Shown: positions 11,196 to 64,000 of the stretch, one piece after another
Numbering within the stretch: the first letter of the stretch is position 1
Layout of the letters: each line of letters starts with the position of its first letter
Assembly (NCBI GenBank): GCA_030141605.1
Contig: JAQGDQ010002381.1
Location: 248,001-312,000 of the forward strand
Direction: 5' to 3'
Source of the DNA: Tubiluchus corallicola
Taxonomy: Eukaryota; Animalia; Priapulida
Length of the DNA stretch: 64,000 nt
Position numbers and translations under genes: made by a program
Notes under the pieces: generated by a model
The model's input: only the letters and a program-made list of their open reading frames with translations
What the model was told of the DNA's origin: nothing
Database searches by the model: none

Positions 11196-13304
11196 CACTG
11201 ATGTCTGAAGTCCAACAAAATCAAATGGGGATGTACTTTAGTTAAACAATGTCGTTTTGTGAAAGTACGTTGTCAGTGGGAATTGTCCATGTGATAAGGC
11301 TAATACTAGTCAGTTCGAAGCCTTGATTCAGTCTCAATGACTCTTGATCATTTATATATCATGCACTCAATTATAGCTTACATAATTCAGGTTATACTAG
11401 CACTTTTTACCATATGTCAATATGCTAACTTTGCACTACTGACAAAAACTAGTTTAAAGCTAAAAATTTAAATCTTAGCATTCATTGGAATATGCTTATC
11501 TCTTATCAGTACCCTGAGACATTCATAGTGTCTATACTGTAGTTTGTTAAATCATTCATAATCTAGAAAGCTATTACAGTAAGAACATTAATTCTGTTTT
11601 GATAGGAAAATAAAATTCTGCAAAAGACTGTGATGAATCTAGTTCATTTAAATGAATCTCAAACGTATATAATGCCTATATGAACTATGCGTTTTTATTT
11701 ATGTTTTAGAATAGTGTATGTATTGTAACTTGAATGTAGTATGTAGCTTAGAAGTATGTGTCACTTCACATTATTTACAATTCCGTCCATTGCAATATGC
11801 CTGTTCAGCACACTATTTTTAAATAGGAAGCAATGCTGATGATATTATCCAGTAAGTTGAATATGTTACTTGTTATTAGATAGTTGCATAAACTGTGGAA
11901 AGCTAAAAAATCACTTCAAATAAAATGAAGTCCCAAGTGCATTTGAATAAATTATGTGCATTATAAATTATTATTATTACTAACATAAATAAAATTGCAT
12001 TCCTAATGCAGGTTGTGTGGAATACATTGTGCCTTATTTATATTGTGATTTACTTTCTGCTATAGTTTGCTCATGGTGTTACACTTTTTTCTATTTCTGT
12101 ACTAATATTTTGCACTTTATTGAGCAGTTGCAACAAAGCCCGACTTTATGTATTAAGGTTGTTATCATAATATGCAGTTTAATAATGCACGTTACCTTAT
12201 TATCAGTTTAATAATGCACGTTTATGACAATAATTGTAACACATTAACTTTTATATGCAATAGAAGTATGGGGCAGACATAAAAATACCAAAATTGAAGT
12301 GAAATCAGATGTTCCAAACTTACTGTTAGGCCCTACATGACATATAGTTTGTATTATTGTTGAAAATGCAGTGCTTGTAAGAGTGAGTTTCCAAATGTTT
12401 CACAGTCATTCTCACTAGTAATTACAACCTTTTATTGGGTATAGTCTATTGTTTTTGTGCAATGAGGTGGCTGTTACATAATATTATTTTCTTTACATGC
12501 ATTTGTTCAAATAGTTACTTTTACACTGTTTTTGAATTTGTCGGGGAAGCTGTGTAGCAAATGAGCATTGAGGGACCAACACTATTTGTGAGACAGTCTG
12601 CCTTACCTATTTTTGGATCATTCCACTTTATGCTAGATAATGGTTTGTTCATTCACCAATTTAACTTTTGTGTGAATAAATTTTTGCAATTTGCGCACAA
12701 ATTTTGATTTTGATTTGACTTAATTCATTCCAGGTAACTTTTTCCAAATCGTAGTGTTTCAGAAACCACTAGTTTTGTTGGGTAAAGCGGGCCTATTTCT
12801 TATTCTATTTGATAACCCTAACCTTTAACTTCATCAAATTAAAGTTTGGTGTTTGATTATAAATATTAGGTTCTGTTATCGAGTCTCCAATACAAACAAT
12901 ACCCCTGTCAGGTATTAATGTGTGATTAATTTAAAATCTGTAGCTCTACTCCATGCAATTAAATAAAACTAAAATTTAAATGGTCTTTAACTCTATATAC
13001 ACTAAGATCAGTAGTTTAACGATTAATATAAAGTGTGATAGTCTCAGTACATAGCAAATTTTTTCACTGGAATTTTATTTTTTCACAATCCAAAGCAAAA
13101 ATTTGCAGTAACCGATTTAATAAAATGAGTAAATTCAATACTCGTGTAAAAATAAATTTTTGCATAATTTCAACAGGTGTTAATCTATCTACATCACAAT
13201 TAAATATCAAATTTGCTATAAAAATAAATTTCAGGAATCTACAGCATGTATGATAGGTCATCATCCCACTTTAAAACATCACACCCCACTCAAGTATCCA
13301 TTCC

Positions 13305-13806
13305 AAATCTAAAACCAATTCGTATTTGACTAAAACACCATTAGTTTGAAAACTGATCTAATTGTTGATATGAGCAAACCTTTGGTTCCCAACTGGAATG
13401 CAAAATGTGCCATAATTGAACATACGGTAATGTCCAACCCCCTTTTGCTGCTTATTTAAGAACGATTTGTCTTATTAATAGTGAAGTTACTACACAAAAT
13501 CAAGTAAAAAATAGCAATAAAAGAAAAGATGCTTAAAAAACAGGCAATGATATGTTAAACGTCTAGTAATCAGTTTCTTATAACACTAAATCTAAAACCA
13601 TTTGGTATTTAACTAAAACATTAGTATGAATGCTAATTGTTGATATGAGCAAAGCTTTCGTTTCCAACTGGCATGCAAGATGTGTTGTACAATAACTGAA
13701 CACGGTAATCTCGATTCCTTTTAACAAAAATGAAGTTCAATACAATCAAGTAAAAAGTAGCAAACAAAACAAAAAGCATTAAAAAACAGGGAATGGTGTG
13801 TCAAAC
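13305..13806. repeat. Diverged tandem duplication (period ~283 bp) downstream of the PBLD stop
   Basis: AAATCTAAAACCA...CTAATTGTTGATATGAGCAAA...AAAAAACAGG repeated at 13305 and 13588. Confidence 0.85.
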
Positions 13807-13954
13807 ACAGTAAATAGTAAATTATCGAGCTAGCATTCTTAAAGCAAAAGACGTAAATCGGTTTGTTTATAGTGAACAGAACCTTGCACATGTCTGTCTT
13901 TGAGTACCATACATCAACTTTCTTTCTGAAGAACAGAAGTAAATCGTCTCAAGT

Positions 13955-14076
13955 CTAGATACCAGGCACATTCATCCTGCCTTCCACGACTATAACTGCT
14001 TGTCCTGACACAGCCACCCTCCCATCTCCTTTCACATCTATTGCCAAGTCTCCGCCACGTTTTGAACACTGGCGAG
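13955..14076 (-). CDS. PBLD: PBLD exon 6 (terminal)
   Basis: tttttcag|CT RQCSKRGGDLAIDVKGDGRVAVSGQAVIVVEGRMNVPGI TAG. Confidence 0.94.
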
Positions 14077-14966
14077 CTGAAAAAAAAACAAGCTGGTGTT
14101 AAATACTACGATTCTTTATTCGTCTGATAACCTGACAATTCTAGTTTCCCAACTTTGCTTGAATGACTGTTGTTGCTGGTCATTGCTATTTACTTAGCTA
14201 ATTACGGTTGCTAATTTTCCAATTTTTGCAAAGTTAGTAGAATGTTTTTGACTGACAATAATGCAAAAATGATAAGTCTGTTGCACTAAAATCGCATAAA
14301 ACGAAAAAATTATTTGAGTAATTTGTATATGACTTGAGATGTTAACTGAATGCTATTGAACTCTAAAAGGACATCAACAATCACAAATATAAGTGTGCCC
14401 ATGCAAGTCTTGTTTGCTAAATGGTATACACACAACATGCCATCTGCATTAAATACACAAAGTGCTATTAAATCCAAATAAGAAGTTGTTAGTTTGACTG
14501 CTGGTAGGTTTTTCTTTTAGGCGGTGAATGTCAGATACAAGTTTACAACAAAGCACAAAAACCTGTGAAAATATCTGATAATTTAAAAAACTGATTTTAA
14601 AATTAGTTATAAAATGATAACATTGTCGCACGAAAGTAGAAGTAAGTCTACTTAGAAATATGAGTTTTTTTTACTAAATTATGGATGTTTCGATATCCCA
14701 CAATAAGGGAATTAATTAGAAAACTAAGCTAGTTAACAGTCTAATTTAATAATCTAATAGATACACTACTATGTTCACGTGCTAACCATTAATGAAAGAT
14801 TTTATTCCTATAACTAAGTACAGTTCTATGTATACTATAGTAACTAAGTATAGTAACTGGATGATGCTCGAAAATAAGAAATTCTGTGATGACGAAATTT
14901 ACCTGCATAATAGGAGAAATGAGTTCTAATATTTTAAAGTATGGGGTTAGTGCTATACTCATATAT

Positions 14967-14998
<32 letters not shown>

Positions 14999-17900
14999 CA
15001 CAGATATGACTAAAAGCCAGTCTAAATAAATACTATAGTTATGTTAACACACAATATTTACACAATAACATTTTCACTGGTATCTCCCAATCAAAAAATA
15101 AGCTTAGCTTCATAAAGTGGCACTGAATACATGGAATCCTCAACACTGAATCAGACAGCCGTTTCATAAGAAAACGTTTTCTATTTTCATATGTAACTGC
15201 ATCATGCTATCATTCCGATATTATGTGCTTTGTACAGTCATGACAACATAAGTATTCACAATACTTTAAGTACCACGCAAATGTTGCTTATCAAGGCATT
15301 TCGACCAATAAGGTGCCAACACAGTGTGTGCAGAACCAGTCACTGGATCCTCCGGAATCCCGTTCCAAGGTGTAAAGAAGCGTGAAAAGAAGTCATAACC
15401 ATCATCGCTGTCATCTCCTTGAAGTGAAATAATTACGCCACGTATCACGCCAGTCGAGTCTGATGCCACCATCTTATCAATCTGAGGATTTAGCGACTCC
15501 AGATCATTTCTAAATAAATAAACATATTTTTCAGACAGGAATACAAAAAAACTCACGCAAAATTTTATTTATACCCTGCTTGCAATCAGCAAGCGACGAT
15601 GTACAGCCACTGGTATCAGTTAATTTTAAAACAACAATAGCGACAACCGACTAACACAGAAATCTTTGACAAGGATGATAAATCTTTTATTCAACAAATT
15701 GTAATACAATAATACACAAAGAGTGCCTCTTTTTGCAGGCAGACGTTTAATAAAGTTTACAGCATAATACAGTGAAATCTTATTTGTTAGCACATTAAAA
15801 ATAAATAACAATCCATATTAAACTAACTTCATTATGGGTCCAACATATTTTATATTACATCGCTTCCCATAGCCTCATAGAAGCATTATTTCCCAACTGA
15901 AAACAAAGTGGGCTATTCCTTTACCTTACTACACGACAAATCTTCATCTTGAGAATAACACAATTTAACAGTTTAATCATTTTGTTATTCGAGCAACACA
16001 ATAAATTGCTATTATAGAGATCTGCAGTTTCTCGAAATAAAAGCATCTTTAATTAAACAAATGAAAGCATCAAAAATTATTGTCTCTTTTACATACAACA
16101 CAATTGAACACAGTTCTTTATCTCCAATAAAGTACCACTACAAATGTGTAGTAAATGGCAAATTTAACATCAAAATCTGTCGTTTGAAACTAAGGACAAG
16201 CACAATCGCTCGCCCACTAATGATAACTCTCTTAACAATAAAGATTCTCTATTATTATACTGTTCAGAACGTTCAGAGCAAAGTTGCCCCACATTTTACA
16301 AATAGTGCACCTCTACTATATTTAGAAACACAAAAGTTTTACTTACATGTATCGAGTGATTAGCCCCAAAGACTACTTGCAAGTAATTTGAAATAGAAGG
16401 GCTACATAATAAGCCAAAAAATATTAATGTCTAACAGCAGTATAAATGAACGACTAATTTTCAAGCTTTTTTTACATCTAGTCCTTTAATTCAAGCCACC
16501 TAGCCCATCATGTCAAAAATTTTACATCATTACATCGAAATTTTTACCGCTACACTGAAAATAATGAATCATGTGTAGATTTTTTTATTATTTGATTGGA
16601 ATGGCCCCAACACCTGGGTACAGAAAAACCTACTTTTTTGTGACTAATTAACAGGATTAGCTTCTAATGATGTAATCCCTAGAAAAGAGCTGAAAAACTC
16701 CTGGAACACCCCAAATTAACTAGTCAACTAACAGGAGCATCTAGATGCCGTAACAGCTTAGAAATGACTACCCATCGTGCAAATGTGTTATAAGCATAGA
16801 ATTCCTGACATCACAGAATATGGCAGTGACTCATATTTCTGCAACTAAAGGTAACAAATCCAATGTGCTATACTCCCAAGTCTTACAGTATACTATATGT
16901 GATCCTTTCAACATTGAACCGTACCAATGGTAAATATAATGATCTTACGAGAACAAAAGAGTACATACAGTACCTTGTCAAGTTACTATCGAGAACTATC
17001 AGTAGTTTCTTGGTCGTTGGTGAATACTGCACATCTTTTACAGGCAGATTGCCTACACAAACCTGCAAGATTAAAATTAACTTTCACTTGGCATCAGTAA
17101 ATTCAAATAAAAACACAAAGTGAAATTGTCGAAATTCTACTATTGAATTCATTTTATTGTTTAAAGTGGTAGCAGTTATTTTTTAAATTACCTTTACTGT
17201 GTGTGAGATGGGAAATTATAATGACAATTACTCCTTCTTTTTTCTTACAATAAGATCTTAGCCTGTGACATTAAATAAATATATGCAGTTAATTACAGCG
17301 ATACTATGTACAGTGAATAGTGATTGTATTTTCTTCATTTACAGTCATACTAAACCTCGCTATAACATAAGGTTTTACAGCTTAAAATCCTACCCCATTT
17401 ACGAATATTCAATTTACTTTATTATAAACTTACTGTAAAACTTGTTTCTTTTGATTTTTTATTAAATGGCTGTTAGCGGTATTAAATTCGAAGAACCGCC
17501 ATTTTTGTTGCGTGAGACGAATGGCGTTATGAGTAAAGTCACAAAGTCACCAAAGATTGGCAAACAAACATCGGTAACCGAAGACGCTTTCTGTACCTCG
17601 TATGTCATTTTAGCTCACTGGTGCCAAACAAGCGAAACACTGCAATTTTTACGGTAATGCACGCGTTCGAAATTTGCAAGAAAAAGGTAACTTATTTAAT
17701 TTATCTCTTTTTTGTTTAATAACAACTATGAATACTTTATGTAATCATAATAATGTGTTAAGGAAACTTCAGTGTCTGTTGGGGTTATACAGGCCTTTAA
17801 AAAATTGAAATGTTTGATACTTAGGCCCTTATACAAGTCAACTAAAGTTTCAAAGTTGTGGAACTACGAACAACGAATGTAGCATTAGCACAAATTATGC

Positions 17901-20900
17901 AAATTTAAGTTAAAAATCTTGAAAAATCAACATGCTGTGTTTGTTTTCCAATTCAGTAAACTAATCGCAAACAATCGGTACATCTTTGTACTGCATGCAT
18001 ATTAAATGAGCACATTCAATACTCAAAATAAATAACTTTGATTAATACTGTTTTTACCTTCAGCAAATCAACAATGGATGACTTATCAAATGGCTGTGGT
18101 GGATTGGATGGAAGATCCATTAACAAATATCCATTCTCTTTCTTCTGCACAGTTAAAGGTCCACTCTTTGTTTCAAAAGTAAGTGAAGGGGATGTATTAC
18201 CTATTTATAAAAAAATATTTAAAAACTGAACAATGTGATGTGCACCAGCTATATTCTTGAGGTGTTACTTTTGAGATTTCAGTATAAATGGATATAAACA
18301 TATTGTGTAATTATGAAGATGACGATGATGATGGTGATGATGATGAGATGATAACGATGATGGTGCCAACAGTTAAAAGGGCAATCACTTAGACACTGAT
18401 GTTACCTGTTTCTATCAAATAAGGTGGTACAACACAGCACATGTATCACAATCTACTGAAATATTGATGAACTTACAGAAGCTGACATATATTTAGCATT
18501 ACCAATTGAGAAATATAATACAGCAGCAGTAGCCAGAGTTGCATGGCCACAGAGAGGAACTTCATTAGTAGGAGTAAACCAGCGCAATCCAAAATGGCTG
18601 CCATGCTGAAAATCATTGCTTCCAGGTTGACTTAACAATTTTACAAATGCAGTTTCCGATATGTTCATTTCGCTTGCAATACTTTGCATCACCTCTTCTG
18701 ATAAGTCATCGTGAGCCTAGAAACGACATATACACAAATAAAAACAAACAAATAGCAAGGAATCTATTTATGATCTACTATCCGATAATTTTTTTATTGC
18801 CTTTGTTTCTTTTTTTATTGGGTAGCCAGACTATAACAATTTCAGTAGTAATTATAGGGTCAGGTAAAATTTCTTGTTATTGTAAGAGTGCTTTGTCACT
18901 GCAATAATTACGTCCACTGTGTAAGACTGTAAGGTGTCCAAAGTTGATTTGAGGATTGGCTGTTTGGAAGGTCAGCACTCCGCTCAGTCCTTTTCACTAT
19001 TAATAATTATTTCATGATTACTGATTAATGATACTGAATAAGAGGGTCGCACTCTAGTTAAAATTTTCAGATAATGCAAAGTTGTACAATCCAATTAACT
19101 CTGCAGCGGATTCCCTAATTTTACAGAATGACATTCAGTAATGGAGTAGGTTAAGTAATGACTGACAATGTTATTTAATGTTGATAAACGTGAGGAAATG
19201 CATTGGGGTTTACAGAATCTTAAAAGAAATTACATCATGAATGGAAGCAGAATAACTCTTCATAGTACAGATAGTAAAAGCAATATTGGTGCGATAATAA
19301 CATTAAACTTGAAATTTTCCCAGCAATGTATTGTCGCTGTCAAAAAAGCAAATAAGAATTTGGGGACGTTTCTAGAAAGAAAGAAATTCTTTTGAAATCA
19401 CACATTGCTTTGGTTAGGCTTCATTAAAATTAGAATGTTAATTTTTTTCCCTTTTGGTAAAAAATAATAGTATAATATAACTGTAATGATTAAAATAAAA
19501 TGTTAATATAACATTATAATTAATTATTGGTTGCTATGTATGGGTAAAGGGGTGACAAATGAACATAAGTTTATTAGACCACGGAAATGGAATAAATTTG
19601 ATTGTTCCATTCTATAAACAAACCTTATATATAACCCCCGATAATATCTTTTAATCATAATTACATATCAATATAATATTGATATTCTTAAATAGTGATA
19701 TTTGTGCTATTTTTCTGGTTTTAATCATGATTAAAAGATATTAGAATAATAAAAGATTATAAAATACTGACCAAGAAAGAAAACATTTTGCATAAATGTA
19801 GATGACAATAAAACTTTTTAAAAAGCGGTAACATTTTGACATTTGTAAATTTTCATTTCTGTGATAGCAAAATAAATGGAATGGTAATTTGTCTACCATG
19901 GTGACTGCCACACCAAGCCTAGTAAAGTTTAAATTTTTAAATGAAGATTATTTTGTGGAAAAATACGGGGTTTCTAGAAGTGTGCCTGCTTAACTCCTAA
20001 TCATTACAGCACAACATGCTGCAAAAGGGATGATAACATTAATAATAAAATTAACAGCACGATGAATGACAAACTTCCTTACTTGCGAAGTCTAAGACCT
20101 AGCCATAACACAGTTATTGACGGTCGCTCCTCAACAATTTCCGAAATTGAGGTGTCAACTGTTTCATTATTAAAGTAAATACCCAGACATTTTTTATCAA
20201 TATGAAAATCAACAACTTAAGCAGAAAACGAAATATTGTAATCAAATTCCAGCATTTTTATCCATGGCAGTCAGGTGAATTAATTAATGAAACGTGTTAA
20301 ATCTCATTTTAAACGTGTTGAACACTTGCGGTACAGTTTCTACACTCTCCATGCTTCACCTGCGTGTGGTGAATAACGTTGTGGCAGGATGAGGGCGGTC
20401 ATCCGAAAAGTATTATTGTATGCCGGTACAGGTCTGCATTTACTGGCTGGCGAACTGCCGCGTGTTAAACTGTTGAAAGTACAGCAGTTTATTTTCATGT
20501 TGTGTAACTTTTTCGTATGTTATACGTGTGCAAATACCCAGAATTTGTGTAGCAGAGGATGTAGTAAAGCAACAAGCGATGATGACAGTCTTTTTAAGTC
20601 TACTGCCATGACGTCATCAGTGCATAGCCGCCCGAGCGCTGAATTGCGTGTATAAAGCAATTGGCATAAGTAAAATCGAGCAATTATTTATCTAATTACT
20701 TAATTATTTTCGAAAAGCGATAAGAATATCATTTCAACACATCATCCTTAAACTTTTGCTAAAAATTGCTGATGAGGCTGGGCTTTTACTTTAAGTGAAT
20801 TCCAAGGGCCCACAACACGAGAAGCGAAGAAATGGGCTCTCATGTTAGTGCGAGAGCATTGTACAAATAATTTAGAATTGTCCATGTGAATCATGCAGTG

Positions 20901-21714
20901 GTCTAGAAAAAAATTTGTTGCTACACAAATTGGAACTATCACTAATGACTTTTTAACAGGTAATAAGATCTATAGTATCACGGCGTTGTTCAAGCAAAGA
21001 TACAAAGTCAGGTTGAATATCAGAGGCCAGAGTAATACACCTCCATTCAGTTCTTTCTAAAGCATTTTTAAAGGTGACATAAGGTGAGTGACATTGTCAT
21101 ACCATTGCTCAATTTCAGACAAGTCTGCTTGTAAGATCTCTTGATCAGAGGAATTTCTAATTGGACGGTAAGGCTTTATATCATCAAAAACAGCGGTATA
21201 CGTGTGTCAGGGGATACACAATCAGTAACATCATTGACAAAAATAAGAAAACAATTGGGTCCTGACAAAGTCCCTTGAGGAATGCCACTGGTTATATTTC
21301 TCCAGAAAGTGGTTACACCATTTAAACCCATTCTTCGCTGTTTGTGTGTTAGAAAATATTGAAACCATTGGAGTAGTTTCCCTCTTATACCTGCAAATTC
21401 CATTTTTAACACGAGACGACGAAGAGGAACAAAATCAAATGCTTTTCTAAAATCAATATATAGAATATCAATTGATGGGAGAGAAGGTGCATCAAAGAAT
21501 TGCGACCAGTCATTTAGGCATTCAAGACTTGTTACAGTGGAACGTTGTGGTAATCAGCCATGACAAATCTATCCATGTTCAAAATAATGGGGGTAGCTGC
21601 AAAGGTGAGTGAGTTATTATTATTGACCTTGTTTTCCTTATTCAGGCAAACTGCTGCAGGATTTCCAGAAAATGGGTAACTTGTAAATGCATCGACGGTA
21701 AATAACGACAACAT
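13955..21714 (-). CDS. PBLD: Phenazine biosynthesis-like domain protein (PhzF family), 296 aa; complement(join 13955..14076, 15274..15509, 16974..17062, 18058..18200, 18503..18716, 21628..21714)
   Basis: Motifs VDAFT..PFSGNPAAV, EMNISETAF, LRWFTPTNEVPLCGHATLA, SRFFTPWNGIPEDPVTGSAH, QCSKRGGDL; GT-AG introns with phases 0,1,0,2,1 consistent; 891 nt. Confidence 0.96.
15274..15509 (-). CDS. PBLD: PBLD exon 5
   Basis: tttag|A NDLESL...EDPVTGSAH...QHLR G|gtactt. Confidence 0.95.
16974..17062 (-). CDS. PBLD: PBLD exon 4
   Basis: tgcag|VCVGNLPVKDVQYSPTTKKLLIVLDSNLT AG|gtactg. Confidence 0.92.
18058..18200 (-). CDS. PBLD: PBLD exon 3
   Basis: atag|GT NTSPSLTFETKSGPL...MDLP...DLLK|gtaaaa. Confidence 0.93.
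18503..18716 (-). CDS. PBLD: PBLD exon 2
   Basis: ttctag|AHDDLSEEVMQSIASEMNISETAF...LYFSI G|gtaatg. Confidence 0.95.
18970..19400 (+). mobile_element. Degenerate CR1/L2-type LINE RT fragment
   Basis: Broken translation LVKFSDNAKLY...LILQND.., LFNVDK.E.MHWG, LKFSQQCIVAVKKANKNLG. Confidence 0.7.
20720..21535 (-). mobile_element. Degenerate CR1-type LINE RT and 3' fragment
   Basis: IDILYIDFRKAFDFVP..., GIRGKLLQWF, ITSGIPQGTLSGPNCFLIFVND, HFFASRVVGPWNSL; frameshifts and stops present. Confidence 0.85.
21628..21714 (-). CDS. PBLD: PBLD exon 1
   Basis: MLSLFTVDAFTSYPFSGNPAAVCLNKENK|gtcaat. Confidence 0.9.
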
Positions 21715-22078
21715 TCTCAACTTAATTAAGGAAAAGCTACGTGAAATAAACATTAGCACAAAAACAACGTATGAAAGGCGCAGACATTTTGTAATTGGCT
21801 TCTTGTACAGTGCTGCCGCAAAGAAAAATGCGGAGAAAACCAAAAATGCGCAGTGCATCAACCAGGAGCGGGGAGAATGTAGATTAGCCGTGTTAGGTGT
21901 TAGTTTTATCGTTATTCGTGTTACAAGTTGGTCAGATTTTATCAATTCGATGACTTTAGGTAACTTAAATTATCCTACTCGCTGTGATTTACTGCACCAA
22001 GTGTGATTCTAGAAAGCACTTGTAAAACAGTAAGTCGATTCTTTAAGTGACGCTGTTGTTATCTCAGTTGGACAGATG

Positions 22079-22087
22079 CGCCATTTT
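22079..22087. promoter_or_regulatory. YY1-like motif in the PBLD/CanA divergent interval
   Basis: CGCCATTTT (reverse complement AAAATGGCG), ~110 bp upstream of the CanA ATG. Confidence 0.35.
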
Positions 22088-22195
22088 CATCTTCATTTTA
22101 GTGTAACTGATTACTGAACCGTGAAATTTTAGGGATTTGTATAATTGGCGGCATATGAAACCCAACCATCGAGAAGGCAGGTGACTTTCACGAAC

Positions 22196-62684
<40,489 letters not shown>

Positions 62685-62997
62685 GTAAGTTAAATTGTCC
62701 TGTATTTACAGAGTAAGATAGGATTGCATGGAACTGAATGTATGCTGAGCTACCACTTATGTGGAGCCATACATTTAACCATTTTCATTTGTATGAGTTA
62801 CTCCCATCTCCTAATTTTTATTGGGGGTTCACTGTTCACTCTCTTTGTTCACACATTTCATCCCTGCTGTGCATATGGTAAGAATCATACATTAAATTAA
62901 TGCATAATTGTACATAGAATGAGAAACATACTTTAATAATATATACTTGTTATTAGTTGCTAATAACTGTATCACACATTTTTTCTGCTTTCCACAC

Positions 62998-63560
62998 TTA
63001 AAGGAAAACCGGATGATTGTTTATACTCAATCTCATTTTAATTTACTGTCCAAAATATACGTGTTCTTGCCTATAAAAGTTAGCAATTGTTTCTTATATT
63101 TGAATAATTAGCTTAGAAAGTTAACTAATGGCAACCGAACACAGCTATTGTTTACACCAGAAACTAACCACAGTTTGTGCAATAACAGGCATCTTCCCTT
63201 GCGCGTCAAGCGTGTTTGCGTAAGTTTTACAGTACTGCTTAAACATGTGATGTCACGAAAATGAGCTCTATGCCACATGACGTCAGAAACTAACACAGCA
63301 GTTCATGATCGTGGTTATCTCGGTGCCGCCTTCTATTTGTCGGCCATGCGCTTGTGACAAAAAGGCGCCATTGCCAATCTTGTATCTTAGTAGATTCACT
63401 GAGCCGCGCGTAGCTTTGAAAGTTCAACAAAATTTGAGAATCTGAGGTAATTATTATTTAATCTAAGCTTTGATTCAAAAAAAGCTATTGTAGTTTTCAA
63501 TATTTTAGAGCATTCTTTATTCAGAACTAATGTTTACACAATCGTCCGGTTTTCTTTTAA
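62998..63560. mobile_element. Kolobok-like non-autonomous DNA transposon (copy 2)
   Basis: TTAA|AGGAAAACCGGATGATTG ... CAATCGTCCGGTTTTCTT|TTAA; colinear with 3191..3733. Confidence 0.8.
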
Positions 63561-64000
63561 CATTATGGCACCCTAAATGGGAATGATTATACACACGTCA
63601 TAAAGTTATGAAGGAAACTTGTCAGGAGCTTTGCTTTCTCAACCCACATTATGTTTTGCTGAGTTAAATTTGCTATACACAAAATTTTTAACTTCTTTAT
63701 AACAAGAACAATATATGTTTCATAAACATCCCACAATATAGTAAATTTCATTCAATTTTTATTAGAAGAATTCAATGTTTCCACTGCACACTAGCAGTCA
63801 TTGTCAGGAAATATAGACTGATTTAAAAACCCTTCTGTTACATTTTACTAATTATTCAGCTCACTGACATTGTTTACATTTGGAATCTTAAATGTTTTTT
63901 ACATTAATTCCTACGGTAAATCCTATAAACGATCATCATAAAAACATGTTGAGACATTTTGTTCTCCAGTGTCGATAAGCAAATGGTAAGTAAAATGGAC

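Noticed and set aside
21532-21945. 137-aa ORF as an N-terminal TM extension of PBLD
   Set aside because: PBLD homology starts at Met 21714; the upstream part is promoter/UTR-like and there is no independent support.

Overview
AT-rich animal (probably invertebrate) genomic DNA with spliced genes; most ORF-track entries are spurious or exon read-throughs. Four intron-containing genes were rebuilt by hand with phase-consistent splice sites. (1) The 5' part of an MTA-family NuRD subunit (minus; 4 coding exons; runs off the left edge; first coding intron is GC-AG). (2) A complete uncharacterised 307-aa gene (plus; 6 exons) with an acidic N-terminus, a TM-like helix and an SRPBCC/START-like domain. 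(3) A complete PBLD/PhzF-family gene (minus; 6 exons; 296 aa). (4) The 5' 7 exons of calcineurin A (plus; runs off the right edge). The arrangement is two head-to-head pairs (MTA<>SRPBCC, PBLD<>CanA) with ZNF143- and YY1-like motifs. Introns carry Tc1/pogo, hAT and Kolobok-like MITEs, Helentron-like elements, CR1/RTE/Penelope fragments, a tRNA-SINE, a probable 5S-derived SINE, a 53-bp minisatellite and long microsatellites. There is no CRISPR array or prokaryotic system. The most novel items are the SRPBCC gene with its possible stop-codon read-through, the 5S-headed SINE, and a duplicated CanA splice donor.
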